A stretch of DNA of 64,000 nucleotides from a virus. Location: the UHGV virus genome UHGV-1430452; one strand, given 5' to 3'. Below the pieces are notes generated by a model, which worked only from the letters and a program-made list of their open reading frames with translations, made no database searches and was not told the DNA's origin. Positions 48,832 to 57,477 of this stretch are shown in pieces (the stretch's first letter is position 1; each line of letters begins with the position of its first letter). The position numbers and the translations under genes are program-made.

Positions 48832-50550
48832 TTACAGTAGCTCGTTAACTCGATCCTGAATTTTCTGAATCATGTTGTGATCGTATCCAGCTTTTGCGAG
48901 GGCATTAATTCGTGCATCTCCATTACCGTATTTTCCGGCAATGACATCACGGGCTACATTATCAATCACTATCTGATTTACTTTCTTCTGCACAGTGTCT
49001 GGATTATAACCAGCTTTCTTGAGAGCAGACACACGAGCATCACCATTACCCCATTTTCCAGCTAAAACCTCTTTAGCTACTTCATCGATAGATTTAGTAG
49101 GTTTTGCAGGAGCTTTAAGTAGTTCATTCACTTTCTTCTGTACAGTGTCTGGATTATAACCAGCTTTCTTGAGAGCAGACACACGAGCATCACCATTACC
49201 CCATTTTCCAGCTAAAACCTCTTTAGCTACTTCATCGATAGATTTAGTAGGTTTTGCAGGAGCTTTAAGTAGTTCATTCACTTTCTTCTGTACAGTGTCT
49301 GGATTATAACCAGCTTTCTTGAGAGCAGACACACGAGCATCACCATTACCCCATTTACCGGCGATTACTTCTTTAGCAATTTCATCGATAGATTTGGTCG
49401 GTTTTGGCGTAGATGTAGGTTTAGATGTTGGTGCTGGTGTGGAAGAACTTTTCGCATATTTTGGTCTAGCAAAACCACGAATCATACCCCAGCCAACCGG
49501 AATGGTACGTCTTGCTACTGCTTCTCCTCTGTTACCTTCAATCGCTGTGATTTGTCCGTTTGAAACAGATTCCACATACCCGATATGATCAGAATATCCG
49601 TCGTTTGGCTGAGTCTTATCATCCCAGTTATAAACAATTACATCACCAGGTTTCGGAGTAATGGTGCCGTCCTCGACCCAAATGCCTTTCTGCTTAAAAA
49701 TCTTAATATGTTCCTCACAACCAACTTCTGTACCGATGAGATCGACTGCTCCGGATTTGATAGCTGCTGCTGATACTGTACAATCACACCATTCATCATT
49801 AGGTTTAATAGCGTATCCGCGAGCCAAAGGTTTGTGAGAATTATAGATGTTAAGAATCTCAATATATTTACCGTTAGCTTCAGAATAACCGAGCCAACTT
49901 CTCATAACATTAAGAACGTCCTGTGCTGTTACACCCAATTCCGTATCCTCCTGTTTTCCGTAAAAATAGTTCATGTCGACTTTACCTTTAATACCGCCTA
50001 CAGTTCCGGAACTCGTATACTGATGAACCAAACAACCGTAATCTGCTTTTCCGTTATAATCAGCGAGCCAGAATTTGTACTGTTTAATCAGATCATGATT
50101 ATACCAATTTCGATAGTAGTCGATATTTGCGTAGATTCCAGCTTTGTATCCCTGAGATTCTACGTACTCACAAAAGATTCTTGTAAAGTTATTACATTCA
50201 TTTTTACCAAGTCTCACACCTTTTGCAGCTGCTTTCTTGACTGTGTCATATTCGAAATCTGCGAAGATGATTGTGTTTTTATCAAGACCAGCTTTTCTAA
50301 CAACATCAACACAGAATTTTGCTTCGTCAAGTGCGCCCTGTTCGTTTAAGGCATAAATAAAATGGTAAGTTCCTATAATCGGAATCTTGTTGTTTTTACA
50401 CCCATTGACATACTCATAGAATTTTGAATCTACTGTCTTCCTGTAAGAAGATCTAAGAATCGCGAACTCTATTCCGGAGGACTTGACTTTAGAAAAATCT
50501 ACATCTCCCTGCCAATAGCTGATATCAATTCCTTTCTTCACAATCATCAT
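48832..50550 (-). CDS. Peptidoglycan hydrolase: GH25 muramidase + NlpC/P60-or-CHAP-like cysteine peptidase + 4 CW_7 (Cpl-7) cell-wall-binding repeats
   Basis: The N-terminal GIDISYWQGDVDFSKVKSSGIEFAILRSSY is GH25-like. The centre has WCDCTVSAAAIKSG...DHIGYVESV...IEGN. The C-terminus has 4x SIDE(I/V)AKEV(I/L)AGKWGNGDARVSALKKAGYNPDTVQKKVN. Confidence 0.85.
   Translation of the reverse strand: MMIVKKGIDISYWQGDVDFSKVKSSGIEFAILRSSYRKTVDSKFYEYVNGCKNNKIPIIGTYHFIYALNEQGALDEAKFCVDVVRKAGLDKNTIIFADFEYDTVKKAAAKGVRLGKNECNNFTRIFCEYVESQGYKAGIYANIDYYRNWYNHDLIKQYKFWLADYNGKADYGCLVHQYTSSGTVGGIKGKVDMNYFYGKQEDTELGVTAQDVLNVMRSWLGYSEANGKYIEILNIYNSHKPLARGYAIKPNDEWCDCTVSAAAIKSGAVDLIGTEVGCEEHIKIFKQKGIWVEDGTITPKPGDVIVYNWDDKTQPNDGYSDHIGYVESVSNGQITAIEGNRGEAVARRTIPVGWGMIRGFARPKYAKSSSTPAPTSKPTSTPKPTKSIDEIAKEVIAGKWGNGDARVSALKKAGYNPDTVQKKVNELLKAPAKPTKSIDEVAKEVLAGKWGNGDARVSALKKAGYNPDTVQKKVNELLKAPAKPTKSIDEVAKEVLAGKWGNGDARVSALKKAGYNPDTVQKKVNQIVIDNVARDVIAGKYGNGDARINALAKAGYDHNMIQKIQDRVNELL
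48975..49410 (-). repeat. Tandem 150-bp near-identical coding repeats (CW_7 units plus linkers)
   Basis: The blocks at 49111..49260 and 49261..~49350 are identical by eye. The unit beginning at about 48975 is nearly identical. A fourth, divergent unit lies at 48835..48970. Confidence 0.85.
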
Positions 50551-51107
50551 CCTTTCGAATTGAATTTCTTTCTTCGAGCTGCATTCATTTCAGCATAACG
50601 ACTCATTAATTCTCGCTTACTTGTCTGTTTAGGTGGCTCATTGTGAGCACTACATACCCTTATCAAAGTAATAAGTCTATTAAGATGCCATTTTTCACAC
50701 TCAAATGGAATATTGTTTGCAATCATCCAATAATATATAAGCTCTGACGTTATGATCTCTCGATTTTTCTTTCCAGATCTTCTGTCATTGATAGTAGTTG
50801 CTGTCATTGGAGCATAAATATAGTCAGTTATTTGCTTTAAGTTATCTTCACTTAACCGACCATACACACTTGGATCAACATTCTTATTGAGTGTCATACA
50901 CCTTATGTAATCTATTGTTTCTTCAATGGTTTTCTCTTTATTTGTATAAAAAGGTTTACACCATTTTGATTCCCATTTTGAAAGAGAGATGAGTGAATGT
51001 TCTAATTGTAGTGTCTGCTCTTTCTGAGCTGGCACGGGTATAAACACTTGATTTCCTTCATCCCATAATTCGTCAGCTTCTCTAGCAGGTACTATAATCT
51101 GAATCAT
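50547..51107 (-). CDS. Hypothetical tail-module protein (186 aa; chaperone-position gene)
   Basis: ORF track. It has its own GGAGGG SD. It is in the -1 frame relative to 51137..51550, but a TGA two codons upstream of its ATG blocks a fusion. Confidence 0.55.
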   Translation of the reverse strand: MIQIIVPAREADELWDEGNQVFIPVPAQKEQTLQLEHSLISLSKWESKWCKPFYTNKEKTIEETIDYIRCMTLNKNVDPSVYGRLSEDNLKQITDYIYAPMTATTINDRRSGKKNREIITSELIYYWMIANNIPFECEKWHLNRLITLIRVCSAHNEPPKQTSKRELMSRYAEMNAARRKKFNSKG

Positions 51108-51136
51108 TACTCATCCCTCCATTGTGTTCGAATTTA

Positions 51137-51550
51137 TTAAGCTCCTGGAAGCAGATTCTTTGAATTAGCTTCCTGTGCAACATCAGCCGGAACGATGCCG
51201 TTAATAAATGCCGCTGCTGCTTCTGCGTCTGTAGCAAGTTCCATGAAGAGTGTGGAATAAGCTTCTGTCTGTGAAAACTTTCTTGACAGTGGTCTTCCGT
51301 CCTCATCAAGTTTCATGAAACCTTTACCATCCGGAGCCTTTTCTCCATATGCTTTAAGAATAAGATCTTTAAAGATAGCTACGATTGTCGGAGTATCCTG
51401 TGCTGCCACGACTTTCTCAATCATCTCAGCGAATCCACCAACTGTAGATAATTCCATCTCCATAATTTCTGCTTTAGAAAGGTTGAAGTAATATGTATCT
51501 TCTCTTTCTACTCCGTTGTAATCTGTGTATTTAATAGCTTTTTTTAACAT
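51137..51550 (-). CDS. Putative tail assembly chaperone (gpG-position, acidic 137 aa)
   Basis: It sits directly after the major tail protein gene. Size and charge are typical. No sequence family was assigned. Confidence 0.45.
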   Translation of the reverse strand: MLKKAIKYTDYNGVEREDTYYFNLSKAEIMEMELSTVGGFAEMIEKVVAAQDTPTIVAIFKDLILKAYGEKAPDGKGFMKLDEDGRPLSRKFSQTEAYSTLFMELATDAEAAAAFINGIVPADVAQEANSKNLLPGA

Positions 51551-51586
51551 GTTGTTCTCCTTTCAATTTTTCAACGTTTAATAATT

Positions 51587-51621
51587 AAAAAAAAAGACCC
51601 CACCTATTGCTAAGCGGGGCC
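51587..51621 (-). terminator. Strong intrinsic terminator after the major tail protein gene
   Basis: Minus strand: GGCCCCGC-ttagcaata-GGTGGGGTC followed by T9. Confidence 0.7.
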
Positions 51622-51646
51622 TATCGTTATTCCATTACTTAGTTAC

Positions 51647-52312
51647 TTACGCACCTGTCGTAGTTTTCATCATAGTAGCAACCTCATCCGGGAGTGGAAG
51701 TCTTGCTTCTGTATCCTCGTCACCGTAAAGAACTGCCTCCAGTGCTGCCAGTTTAGTTGGATCAGCTGTGGTAGAGTCGATTATGAGATGAGATGTAGGT
51801 TTGAAATTAGCTACAGATACCGGAGTAGTACTACACTCCCAGGACATAGTAGCCGCTTCCGGACTATCATTTACAGTCGCACGAGATACTTCGGAAGGAG
51901 CTGCAAGAGCACCGTATACCAGATGCAGTTTGTAACCATGTGATTCGCCCTCTGTATCATTACCAATAAGGCTTCGATAAGATAAACCGAAATTTTTACG
52001 TTTCTGCTGTCCAATCTTAACGCCGGTTGCAATTTCTCCTTCACCGTTACATTCTGCGAATTCATCGGGATACATATAAGCTTCGATTGTGAAACCAAAT
52101 TCCTCAGCGGACATAAGTGTCACATACTTAATGTTATCTGCATAGAGCGGTGTCGGTTCTGCTCCAGATGGTGATTCTGTTACAGCTGTAAGACCATTCC
52201 ATGCTGCTCCTTTCGGATAGTTTCCATCAGTTCCCATTGGATAAATTACGCCATGATCGACGCCAGTTTCAAACAAACGTTCGCCTGTTGCGTCCCATAC
52301 AAGTTTAGCCAT
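51647..52312 (-). CDS. Major tail (tube) protein
   Basis: 221 aa, lying between the connector genes and the chaperone/TMP region. It is followed by a strong terminator, consistent with a highly expressed structural gene. Confidence 0.65.
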   Translation of the reverse strand: MAKLVWDATGERLFETGVDHGVIYPMGTDGNYPKGAAWNGLTAVTESPSGAEPTPLYADNIKYVTLMSAEEFGFTIEAYMYPDEFAECNGEGEIATGVKIGQQKRKNFGLSYRSLIGNDTEGESHGYKLHLVYGALAAPSEVSRATVNDSPEAATMSWECSTTPVSVANFKPTSHLIIDSTTADPTKLAALEAVLYGDEDTEARLPLPDEVATMMKTTTGA

Positions 52313-52326
52313 ATTTGATTTCCTCC

Positions 52327-52647
52327 TTAATAATATAGCGTTAATACATCGTGATTGAGATTATCGGCTTTATACAGCCTATCGTAAGAGCAGTATGGAA
52401 GTTCCATAAGCTTCTGTATAACAGGATTATCCGGTAATTTACTAATCACGGTAATGTCATATTTCCTACGTGTTAAATATGTTGAGTTGTTAGCTTTCAT
52501 GGTTTCGATATCACTTAATGAATACACAATAGCTGGATAACTCATTTGAAGTGACGCTGGGGGTTGATAGAAAACCTGGTTACTACCAAGAAGTTCTTCA
52601 AGTTTCGCTTGTAGTTCTAATCTACTAGCCACGCCACACACCCCCAA
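52327..52647 (-). CDS. Head-tail joining / tail-terminator-position protein (start uncertain: TTG 52647 or GTG 52632)
   Basis: ORF track; position between the adaptor and the major tail protein. Confidence 0.45.
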   Translation of the reverse strand: MGVCGVASRLELQAKLEELLGSNQVFYQPPASLQMSYPAIVYSLSDIETMKANNSTYLTRRKYDITVISKLPDNPVIQKLMELPYCSYDRLYKADNLNHDVLTLYY

Positions 52648-52942
52648 TCGATAATATCAGTCTAGGATACTGAACTTCGACGTCTGTCACTTTCCATTTC
52701 TCATTTGAGAATTCAATCCAAGTCATGGCAGATACATGATCTCTGGCGTAGGGATCGGCCACTATACTAATCTGGTTTGAGATATTAATATCATCGTTAA
52801 CGTTTCCAGAATTCTGCCGTTTCCACCGATTGCTCATGATATCACCAAAATACTGACGTTCGACGATTTCATCTTCTATCCAGACACCAGGCTCAACCTC
52901 GCCAGTATAAGTAAATCCGATCTTCCCACACCATTTATTCAT
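52625..52942 (-). CDS. Head-tail adaptor / head-closure-like protein
   Basis: 105 aa immediately after the capsid gene. The pattern ...ISIVADPY......YIEF....W.V..VE...PR..LSIGG is typical of small head-closure proteins (from memory). Confidence 0.45.
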   Translation of the reverse strand: MNKWCGKIGFTYTGEVEPGVWIEDEIVERQYFGDIMSNRWKRQNSGNVNDDINISNQISIVADPYARDHVSAMTWIEFSNEKWKVTDVEVQYPRLILSIGGVWRG

Positions 52943-52966
52943 GTTCTATCACTCCATTTTGAATTG

Positions 52967-54904
52967 TTAGGCAGTTTCTTTCACGAATTCAAGAGCTACT
53001 GCGGAATACGGTTTAACAAGTGTACCGGAGCAACGTGTCTCCATAAGATACTTCTGCTTGTTGTAATCGATATCGAAATCATCGAAGAAGTTGATTTCTC
53101 CACCCTTATCTGTACCTACGTTGTAATCTTTAAGATTTACATAGATACCAGCAAGCTCATATGTCTTATTTTCATCGTCTGTTCTTGTAAGACCTTCCAT
53201 TACCGGAACCGGAACGATTTCTCTTACGCGAAGAGATGCTGCAAGTTTCTGTACGCTATCATAGATAACACGTCCGTTTGTATCTTCAATGAGCAAGCAA
53301 TCTGTAAGCATATCCTCAGACATGAACATATCAGGGTTGCCAGATCCTTTATAATTCTTTCTGGATTTGATGCAAGCTTTGATGAATGCCTTAGCTTTCT
53401 CTTCAGCAGTAGCGGAATCGCTTACATTGATAGCTGCTTTAACTGTGAAAAGATCTTCCATCTTCCAGATAGGTCTGATGCAGTCCTCATTGATTTTATC
53501 GTTAGCCTCTTCAACCGGATCTCTTCCATCACCGATAAGGAATGCGCGAGCAAGTTCCTCATCAAGCATCATACGAACTTCTCTCTTCAGCCATGGAAGA
53601 ATATCGAAATCTGTAATATCAAGCATGTCATCGCGATCTAATGCCTGTTTCTTGTATACAGTTGTTGGATTTGTTACACGTTTGAGAAGCTTAAATACTT
53701 CTTCAATTTTAAGTTTGCCTTTCTGGTATCCCTTTGCTCTAGCCTGTGCTGCTGTGATGTCAGCAAAGATAGTTTTGATACGGGAGAACGGTGTGTGATG
53801 TACTCCGCCAAGTACTTTTGATACCCAATCGTCATTACGTTTGATAAATTCCGGTTCATTGTTAAGATTCTTTGCATCCGGGAATAAGATGTCAATGTCT
53901 GTGATACCATGAGCAAGCACTGCCTCTTTAAGAGAACCTGAGCGTTTCGCATCTTCGAAAATCGCAGTCATCTCGGAGTGTGTAAGCACATCATCTGCCA
54001 TAGGGGTTTCATTGTCGAATACGTTGTGTTTCATATTTTTGTTTCCTCCTTCATTTTCATCATCTTCTTCGGTTTCAACACCAGCATCTTCTAATGCCTG
54101 TCCGATCATAGCGTACACAACAGTTTTCTGTTTCTCAGAAAGAGTGTTGAATACATCAGCTACAGTTTCTTCTTTGTTTTCTCCCTTTGTTTCTTCCTCG
54201 GCATGTTTTACTTCTTCCTCAGAATGGGTTACTTCTTCTTTGTCTGGTTTATCATCGTTTTCTTCTTTGATACCAGCATCTTCTAATGCCTGTCCGATCA
54301 TAGCGTACACAACAGTTTTCTGTTTTTCAGAAAGAGTGTTGAATACATCAGCTACAGTTTCGTCCTTATTTTCTTCGGCATTATGTTTTTTGGTTTCTTC
54401 TGCCATTTTTTCTTCTCCTTTCTCAGAAGTATCTGCGTGGAACAATGACTCCACATTTTCGATATATTCGCCTGAGCTGATATATCCCTCTTCATAAGAA
54501 TCTTCGCCATGCATCATGACAGACTCTATTACTGCGCCTGGATTAGCACCAGCTAAAACCAAACTAAGCTCACGAATGACTCCGTGAACTACATTACTTC
54601 CCTGCTGTTTAAGTCTGTTGGCATATATGGAAAATCTATTCACATCACCATGCTGAACCAGCAATTTAGCATTCTGCCCTGATTCCGTATCGTTAAATGT
54701 GCAATATGCATACACACCTTCGTCCCTGTTTTCCAGCAAGGCATGACCGAGCACTTCATCTACGCTATTATGCTGATGATTCCAAACTAACGGTACAGTT
54801 TCACCATCGCACTCTTTGAATGCATCTTTCATGATGACTCTACCGTCCGCACACAGCATGTCAGCTTTAGTAGCCCAGCCAGAACAATCATATGACTTAG
54901 CCAT
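52967..54904 (-). CDS. Prohead serine protease (HK97/S78-type) - linker - major capsid protein fusion (645 aa)
   Basis: The N-terminus has VPLVWNHQHNSVDEVLGH...VIRELSLVLAGANPGA (S78-like). The middle is an acidic duplicated linker. The C-terminal ~330 aa is HK97-fold MCP-like, ending ...GTLVKPYSAVALEF. Confidence 0.75.
   Translation of the reverse strand: MAKSYDCSGWATKADMLCADGRVIMKDAFKECDGETVPLVWNHQHNSVDEVLGHALLENRDEGVYAYCTFNDTESGQNAKLLVQHGDVNRFSIYANRLKQQGSNVVHGVIRELSLVLAGANPGAVIESVMMHGEDSYEEGYISSGEYIENVESLFHADTSEKGEEKMAEETKKHNAEENKDETVADVFNTLSEKQKTVVYAMIGQALEDAGIKEENDDKPDKEEVTHSEEEVKHAEEETKGENKEETVADVFNTLSEKQKTVVYAMIGQALEDAGVETEEDDENEGGNKNMKHNVFDNETPMADDVLTHSEMTAIFEDAKRSGSLKEAVLAHGITDIDILFPDAKNLNNEPEFIKRNDDWVSKVLGGVHHTPFSRIKTIFADITAAQARAKGYQKGKLKIEEVFKLLKRVTNPTTVYKKQALDRDDMLDITDFDILPWLKREVRMMLDEELARAFLIGDGRDPVEEANDKINEDCIRPIWKMEDLFTVKAAINVSDSATAEEKAKAFIKACIKSRKNYKGSGNPDMFMSEDMLTDCLLIEDTNGRVIYDSVQKLAASLRVREIVPVPVMEGLTRTDDENKTYELAGIYVNLKDYNVGTDKGGEINFFDDFDIDYNKQKYLMETRCSGTLVKPYSAVALEFVKETA
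54080..54169 (-). repeat. Direct repeat copy 1 (90 bp) inside the protease-capsid linker
   Basis: One mismatch by eye against 54272..54361, offset 192 bp. It encodes ETVADVFNTLSEKQKTVVYAMIGQALEDAG. Confidence 0.85.
54272..54361 (-). repeat. Direct repeat copy 2 (90 bp) inside the protease-capsid linker
   Basis: See copy 1. Confidence 0.85.
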
Positions 54905-54943
54905 TTTGATTTTCTGCCTCCTTTTTAATTAACTTAAACTGCA

Positions 54944-55210
54944 TTAAACCGAAGCAGTGAAAGTAACAGCTGTTGAACTTCCATCACTAGCGATAAGACC
55001 AGTAGACTTAAGGCATACCGGTTTGTAATATGTATCTGTCATGTAAACAGTTACTCCTTTAAGGAATAACTCCTGGAGATCTTCCTTCATGACTTTCTCC
55101 GCTTTTGCTTCCTTATCGTAGAACAGAACTTTTGAAGAATTTGCATATAAAACAACTGTTTTTACAAACTTTTCATCATATGCTGCATTAACTGTTTCTC
55201 TTTTAGCCAT
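54944..55210 (-). CDS. Hypothetical head-module protein (88 aa from the SD-supported start)
   Basis: ORF track 54944..55279. The ATG at 55210 follows AATGGAGGAAAATAATT. Confidence 0.55.
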   Translation of the reverse strand: MAKRETVNAAYDEKFVKTVVLYANSSKVLFYDKEAKAEKVMKEDLQELFLKGVTVYMTDTYYKPVCLKSTGLIASDGSSTAVTFTASV

Positions 55211-55253
55211 AATTATTTTCCTCCATTTGTTAATAATGTGTATTGTTTCACAA

Positions 55254-56525
55254 TCATAGGTCCGAAATTGGTGTGTCACCTAATGAGGGTTCTTCCTCTG
55301 GTGGAATATCTTCTTCACTTATATCCGGAGTTGGATTCAATCCAGTTCCTGTTTGATTGATGTTGCTATTTACTAACTGGTCAGCTTTTGGATCATCTGA
55401 TGGTTTCATACCAATAATCTGTCGAACCTCATTAGCTGTAAGTATTTCATTCTGCGTAAACACTCCAGCGATTTCAGCCAGTTTACTAAGAGGAACGAGT
55501 CTAAACGAATCTCTGAAGAATTTGATAGTCTGATTCTGAGATCGTGCTGTCTTTGTTAAAAACTTGCGTTTCATCTCATCGACGATTGCTGCGACAATTG
55601 GCTCAATAGTCCTTGAATAGTAGTTCAGCATTTCTTCTTCGCTCGCTGATCCATCGAGTATCGCCTGTGTGATTCCAAGCTGGCTGTATAGTTGAGCAGT
55701 TAGATATTCCACTTGTTTCATCAGGTTATTGTCGAGAGGTCTGTTTAACTGCACTATCTTTTCAGTTCCATCAACATAGCCAATACCGTAAGTGGAACCG
55801 CTTAGCTGTTGCTCCAGGTCCGCACGTCTTTCATTAGCTAGTTTTCGCCGAGCTTCAGATTTAATAGAATATGGTAGCTGAATAATCATGTCCAATTTTC
55901 CACTACTGATACGTTCGTCCATTCTATCGAGAAGGGCAAGTTTTCGCGTAAGACGCTGCATGGTAGAATTATGCTCATTGATAACCGCATATAAAGGATT
56001 CTCAACTATAGCTACCATTTTCTTTTCAAGCTTAATGTCTTCTCGTTCTCCTGTTCGTTCATTGTAAACTCTAACTTTCACATGGTTTGGATACCATTCA
56101 AGAATTTTACCAGTTCGCATGGAAAGTATTTTATATGATTCAGTTTGAGATGGATCTATATCTGTATCAACAGGAACTATTGCTACACAGCCCTCGTCAA
56201 GCATAGACATAACGATATCTTGTGTGAATGCTCTACCAGTCTGATCGATATTCGCTTCAAGATTCAGACATTTATTAAGAGTCGAATCAATCTTTTCTAT
56301 AAATCTACCGTTACTGTCTATACGACAGTGATTAATATTTATAGAAGAGACATCCAAAGCTATTCGATTAAAAATAGCAGTAACAACAGATCGCTCATTA
56401 CCCCTAGTGAATCTCGGCCTATCCGGTCTATTTGAATATCCTGGACCAATGTTACGAGAGTCATATGTCGGATCTCGGTTCATGAAAGCATTCCACGAAT
56501 GCCGAAGTCTATCTATAAAATCCAT
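55254..56525 (-). CDS. Portal protein (putative)
   Basis: 423 aa, lying between the terminase and the protease-capsid gene. The call rests on position and size. No family was confirmed. Confidence 0.6.
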   Translation of the reverse strand: MDFIDRLRHSWNAFMNRDPTYDSRNIGPGYSNRPDRPRFTRGNERSVVTAIFNRIALDVSSININHCRIDSNGRFIEKIDSTLNKCLNLEANIDQTGRAFTQDIVMSMLDEGCVAIVPVDTDIDPSQTESYKILSMRTGKILEWYPNHVKVRVYNERTGEREDIKLEKKMVAIVENPLYAVINEHNSTMQRLTRKLALLDRMDERISSGKLDMIIQLPYSIKSEARRKLANERRADLEQQLSGSTYGIGYVDGTEKIVQLNRPLDNNLMKQVEYLTAQLYSQLGITQAILDGSASEEEMLNYYSRTIEPIVAAIVDEMKRKFLTKTARSQNQTIKFFRDSFRLVPLSKLAEIAGVFTQNEILTANEVRQIIGMKPSDDPKADQLVNSNINQTGTGLNPTPDISEEDIPPEEEPSLGDTPISDL

Positions 56526-56539
56526 TTTGATTTTACCTC

Positions 56540-57136
56540 CTATGGTGTTGATGGATTAAGACTTTCAGCGATTTTAGCGTCTATGTATGAATGTATTTCA
56601 GCTATATCCGCTTCCGTCCAATAATCAGTACCTCTGACAGGTGTCTTCCCATCAGTACCAGGATCTCCTTTTGGTCCAGCATCACCAGTATCACCTTTTG
56701 GTCCCTGAACACCCTGTTCACCTTGAGGTCCGGTTAATCCTGTATCTCCCTTTGGACCCTGAATACCTTGTTCACCTTGAGGTCCAGTAGCTCCGGTATC
56801 ACCTTTTGGTCCCTGGATACCCTGTTCACCTTTCGGGCCTGTAGCTCCGGTATCACCTTTCGGACCTTTAAGACTAGCTAACCATTCAGTCTCGCTTCCT
56901 TCGAAACCAGTAGAAAGCGCTACTTGATAAGCAGAATCACCTGGATCTCCTTTTTCACCAGGAGGGCCAGGAGTGGTTGAACCAGTTCCTCCGTTAGTAA
57001 TGAGCTCGCATAATTCCCAAAGCAATTCTTCAGCTCTAGACTGAGGTCTCGGCAATCCTTCAGTACCTTTCTGTAAGATAGTATTTTTCATATATTCTTC
57101 AAATCTACTATCCGGTATGTATGTTTCATCGATCAT
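56540..57136 (-). CDS. Collagen-like repeat protein (198 aa)
   Basis: About 110 aa of G-X-Y (GPKGDTGATGPQGEQGIQ repeated with 54-bp DNA periodicity), flanked by short non-collagen ends. Confidence 0.8.
   Translation of the reverse strand: MIDETYIPDSRFEEYMKNTILQKGTEGLPRPQSRAEELLWELCELITNGGTGSTTPGPPGEKGDPGDSAYQVALSTGFEGSETEWLASLKGPKGDTGATGPKGEQGIQGPKGDTGATGPQGEQGIQGPKGDTGLTGPQGEQGVQGPKGDTGDAGPKGDPGTDGKTPVRGTDYWTEADIAEIHSYIDAKIAESLNPSTP
56641..56971 (-). repeat. G-X-Y collagen-like coding repeat, 54-bp periodicity
   Basis: Repeated ggtccctg(a/g)ataccctgttcacc... blocks on the plus strand. Confidence 0.8.
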
Positions 57137-57154
57137 TTTGTCACCTCTAAGTGC

Positions 57155-57400
57155 TTAGAGTTCAATTCCTTCAATGGCTGCTCTTACCTCAAGACATCTG
57201 AGATACTCGCCCATGTAACGTTTCTGCTCCTGAAGTTTTGCTATCGGGCAAGTTGGTTTGAAGTCGAGAACTCCTGCTTCATGTTTTACAAGCATCTGAT
57301 GTAATTTGTCATATCGAATCTTTGTCTGATAATACTCAGCTTTAAAACGATCTTTATAATCGGAACTATTCATAAGTTCAATCGTGTCTTTTAACTCCAT
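57155..57400 (-). CDS. Hypothetical protein (81 aa)
   Basis: ORF track; GGAGGTAAATTCAAA SD context. Confidence 0.6.
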   Translation of the reverse strand: MELKDTIELMNSSDYKDRFKAEYYQTKIRYDKLHQMLVKHEAGVLDFKPTCPIAKLQEQKRYMGEYLRCLEVRAAIEGIEL

Positions 57401-57420
57401 TTTGAATTTACCTCCTTATC

Positions 57421-57477
57421 TTATTTACGGCCGCCTTTCTTACCGCCTTTTCCTTTACGTCCACCTTTACATGCCAT
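57421..57477 (-). CDS. Micro-ORF, 18 aa, MACKGGRKGKGGKKGGRK (Gly/Lys/Arg only after MAC)
   Basis: Hand translation; AGAGGTGA SD 6 nt upstream. It exactly fills the gap between terL and the next gene. Confidence 0.4.
   Translation of the reverse strand: MACKGGRKGKGGKKGGRK

Noticed and set aside
48835-49410. Regularly spaced near-identical direct repeats that might resemble a CRISPR array or minisatellite
   Set aside because: The 150-bp units are contiguous with no unique spacers. They lie in frame inside the lysin gene and encode CW_7 cell-wall-binding repeats.
50547-51550. Possible -1 programmed frameshift joining the gpG-position gene (51137..51550) to the next ORF (50547..51107), as in lambda G/GT
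   Set aside because: The downstream ORF is in the -1 frame. However, that frame has a TGA two codons upstream of its ATG (…GGA TGA GTA ATG…). The ORF also has its own GGAGGG SD, and the upstream gene ends 30 nt earlier. There is no open overlap to shift into. The other overlapping frame (51082..51309) translates to an implausible sequence.
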